Below are positions 47,688-48,360 of a DNA stretch of 48,360 bases, piece after piece. The stretch is taken from the NCBI GenBank assembly GCA_001303705.1, contig LJUI01000026.1:1-48360 (forward strand). The letters are read 5' to 3'. A program made the position numbers and the translations under genes. The stretch comes from a candidate division TA06 bacterium SM23_40. GTDB taxonomy: Bacteria > LJUI01 > SM1-40. Position 1 is the first letter of the stretch. Each line of letters opens with the position of its first letter. The notes beneath the pieces were generated by a model that had not been told where the DNA came from, did not search any database, and saw nothing but the letters and a program-made list of their open reading frames with translations.

Positions 47688-48360
47688 ATGATGAAGAAGA
47701 GGCTATTCCGCGCGTGGGAGAAGATCATCGGCGAGGAGAGGGACGGCATCGTCCCTCTCTTGCCCTTGGCCCTTCTTATTTTGCTGTCCTGGGTGTACGG
47801 TCTGTGCGTGCGCGCCAGGCTCTGGATGCATCGGCGCGGCCTCCTTCGCGCTGGACGCATCGATGCGGTCGTTATGAGCGTCGGAAATCTCACGCTCGGG
47901 GGGACGGGGAAGACGCCGTTCGTCATCTATCTCGCCCGGAGGCTACGTGAACGTGGCATCCCGGTCGCGATCATTGCACAGGGCTACGGAAGGAAGGCGG
48001 CCGCGGGGCTCCTCGTGTCGGAGGGAGGCGGGCCTCTTGTTTCCGCAGAGGAGGTCGGGGATGAGGCGTACCTGTTCGCGGAGCGCCTGCCCGATATTCC
48101 TGTGCTTGTGAGCCGCGACAGGGTGCGAGTCGGCACGCTCGCGGTGAGCCGGTTCGGGAGCCGGGTCATTATCCTGGATGATGCGTTTCAGTGTCTGGGA
48201 GTGAGGCGGGAGGTCGACCTCGTGCTGGTCGACGCGACGAGAAGGCTCAGGACCGGCCGGCTCTTCCCTGCCGGATATCTGCGCGAACCGGCGGGCGGCA
48301 TTGCACGTGCGTCAGCTGTTGTCGTCACCAGGGTCGACGAATCGGACCGGGATTGGGAGA
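47688..48360 (+). CDS. lpxK: Tetraacyldisaccharide 4'-kinase, truncated by window end
   Basis: Not in the ORF track. Manual translation MMKKRLFRAWEK..LSWVYG..VMSVGNLTLGGTGKTP..QGYGR..VGDEA..ILDDAFQ..LFPAGYLREP. Confidence 0.95.
   Translation, partial: MMKKRLFRAWEKIIGEERDGIVPLLPLALLILLSWVYGLCVRARLWMHRRGLLRAGRIDAVVMSVGNLTLGGTGKTPFVIYLARRLRERGIPVAIIAQGYGRKAAAGLLVSEGGGPLVSAEEVGDEAYLFAERLPDIPVLVSRDRVRVGTLAVSRFGSRVIILDDAFQCLGVRREVDLVLVDATRRLRTGRLFPAGYLREPAGGIARASAVVVTRVDESDRDWE

Overview
GC-rich chromosomal segment of a diderm (LPS-producing) bacterium. The gene order prfB-lysS-lolC/E-lolD-mcsA-mcsB-clpC-bamA-skp-lpxD-lpxC/fabZ-lpxA-oxidoreductase-lpxB-DUF374-waaA-lpxK suggests an FCB-associated candidate-phylum lineage such as TA06, WOR-3 or Eisenbacteria; this is inference, not tested. 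1-6.6 kb: edge-truncated FAD oxidoreductase, tRNA-Lys(CUU), a pdaD plus deoxyhypusine-synthase-like polyamine pair, a degenerate GAF-GGDEF protein, two poorly characterised genes, and tmRNA. 6.6-17.5 kb, accessory region: an unexplained ~180-nt rod-like structured RNA candidate, rubrerythrin, TIGR01777 epimerase, TspO, DUF523-DUF1722, a PNPOx-like protein, truncated bcp, a yedF/cysteine desulfurase/DUF3343 S/Se cluster, a frameshifted beta-helix/FG-GAP surface protein, an SGNH remnant and a 23-bp tandem array. 17.5-48.4 kb: housekeeping and envelope genes on the + strand. Best leads: the orphan structured RNA downstream of ssrA, the 23-bp GGA-hairpin repeat array, and a modified BAM machinery (BamD fused to a 7-repeat propeller, Skp fused to a CsgG/TolB-N-like domain, BamA without a C-terminal aromatic residue). 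Several clean internal deletions and start-codon anomalies may be assembly artefacts. No integrase, transposase, CRISPR array or rRNA was seen. All family calls come from motif recognition, not database searches.
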